Shown in pieces: positions 63,101-64,000 of a stretch of DNA of 64,000 bases. The notes below the pieces were generated by a model. That model searched no databases and was not told the DNA's origin. It worked only from the letters and a program-made list of their open reading frames with translations. A program made the translations under genes and the position numbers. Position 1 is the stretch's first letter; the number at the start of each line of letters is the position of its first letter. This stretch comes from Marsupella aquatica (taxonomy: Eukaryota > Plantae > Marchantiophyta), in assembly GCA_973895155.1 (NCBI GenBank), contig OZ316892.1:26435233-26499232 (forward strand), in the 5' to 3' direction.

Positions 63101-64000
63101 CTTGGGAAATTTGGTCGTCCTTGATCTACAATTCTGCAAAGCCATGACAAGTCTTCCTCCGAGTGTGGTGATAGCAAAGAAGCTGAAGTGGTTGGAGTTG
63201 GAAGGTTGCCAATCCCTCACAAAGCTGCCCGAAGGTCTGTATGAATTTAGTGATCTCGAGTACTTGGGCCTGACGATGACAGGCGTGGGCAAGTTGTCAA
63301 GCAAGTTGAGAAAGTTGAAGAAGCTGAAGTGGTTTCGAGCTGACCAGACGGGTTTGGCACGAGTTCCTGACGCGATAGGTCGCCTTACGATGTTAGAGAC
63401 TCTCGATATCAGCAGCACGACTGTGACAGTCCTACCAGAGTCCATTGGGGCTCTCAAGCACTTGAAAACTCTAAATGCCCGCTACACCTTGTTGAGCTCG
63501 TTGCCAGAGTCAATTGCTGATCTCGAGCTCTTGGAAACTCTAGATGCGGGAAACACATTCTTGAGGGCTTTGCCGGAGAGGATAGGTTGTCTCCGAAACT
63601 TGCAAGCCTTGTCGCTGGATGCGACCCGTATGGAGAGTCTGCCGGAATCATTGGGGAATGTCGTTGGATTGGAGTACTTGAACTTGAGGTCCACTCCCTT
63701 AGAAACACTACCGGATTCAATTTGTTTGCTCCGCTCTCTCGAAACCCTATTTTTGGATGACACACGAATAAGCACAGTTCCGGATGCATTTGGAGAGCTT
63801 GAGAGCTTGAATTCGTTGGACCTAAGCGGGTCAAGGGTGAGGTCCTTTCCGGAGACATTCAACAAGCTCTCCGAGCTGGTGTCTCTTCGGTTTACAGTCT
63901 CGACAAGTTTGAATGATGGCACACATCCATCAGGCTCAGGGACACACTCCACAATTTCGCGCAGCCGCCAAGATTTCTGGTGTGCGGTGGGCTTTTTAGC
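60124..64000 (+). CDS. HNL immune receptor, copy 4; exon 1 absent, 3' end beyond window
   Basis: Predicted exons 60124-60777 (in-frame ATG at 60133), 61081-61236, 61620-62729, 62889->64000. Similarity to copies 2 and 3 begins inside intron 1 at about 60014. Confidence 0.85.

Overview
Eukaryotic, intron-containing plant DNA, most likely from a liverwort (inferred from the hydrolase-NB-ARC-LRR 'HNL' architecture first described in Marchantia). The window is a tandem immune-receptor cluster with four plus-strand HNL genes: copy 1 is cut by the window start, copies 2 and 3 have all 5 coding exons, and copy 4 lacks exon 1 and runs off the end. An inverted, deleted HNL pseudogene lies at 12.8-15.3 kb. 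The most unusual feature is a 9.77-kb DNA transposon (16898-26666) with terminal inverted repeats and an exact 8-bp target-site duplication. It encodes a spliced P-superfamily-like DDE transposase and carries an EDM2-like PHD-finger ORF, a second PHD-like ORF, an R2R3-MYB exon fragment and a tandem-repeat array. Seven short elements with similar termini and 8-bp TSDs, two 10-bp-TSD elements and a 3.3-kb putative solo LTR lie in the duplicated intergenic segments; several are confirmed by empty sites in the paralogous segment. Family assignments come from motif recognition by eye, not database searches.
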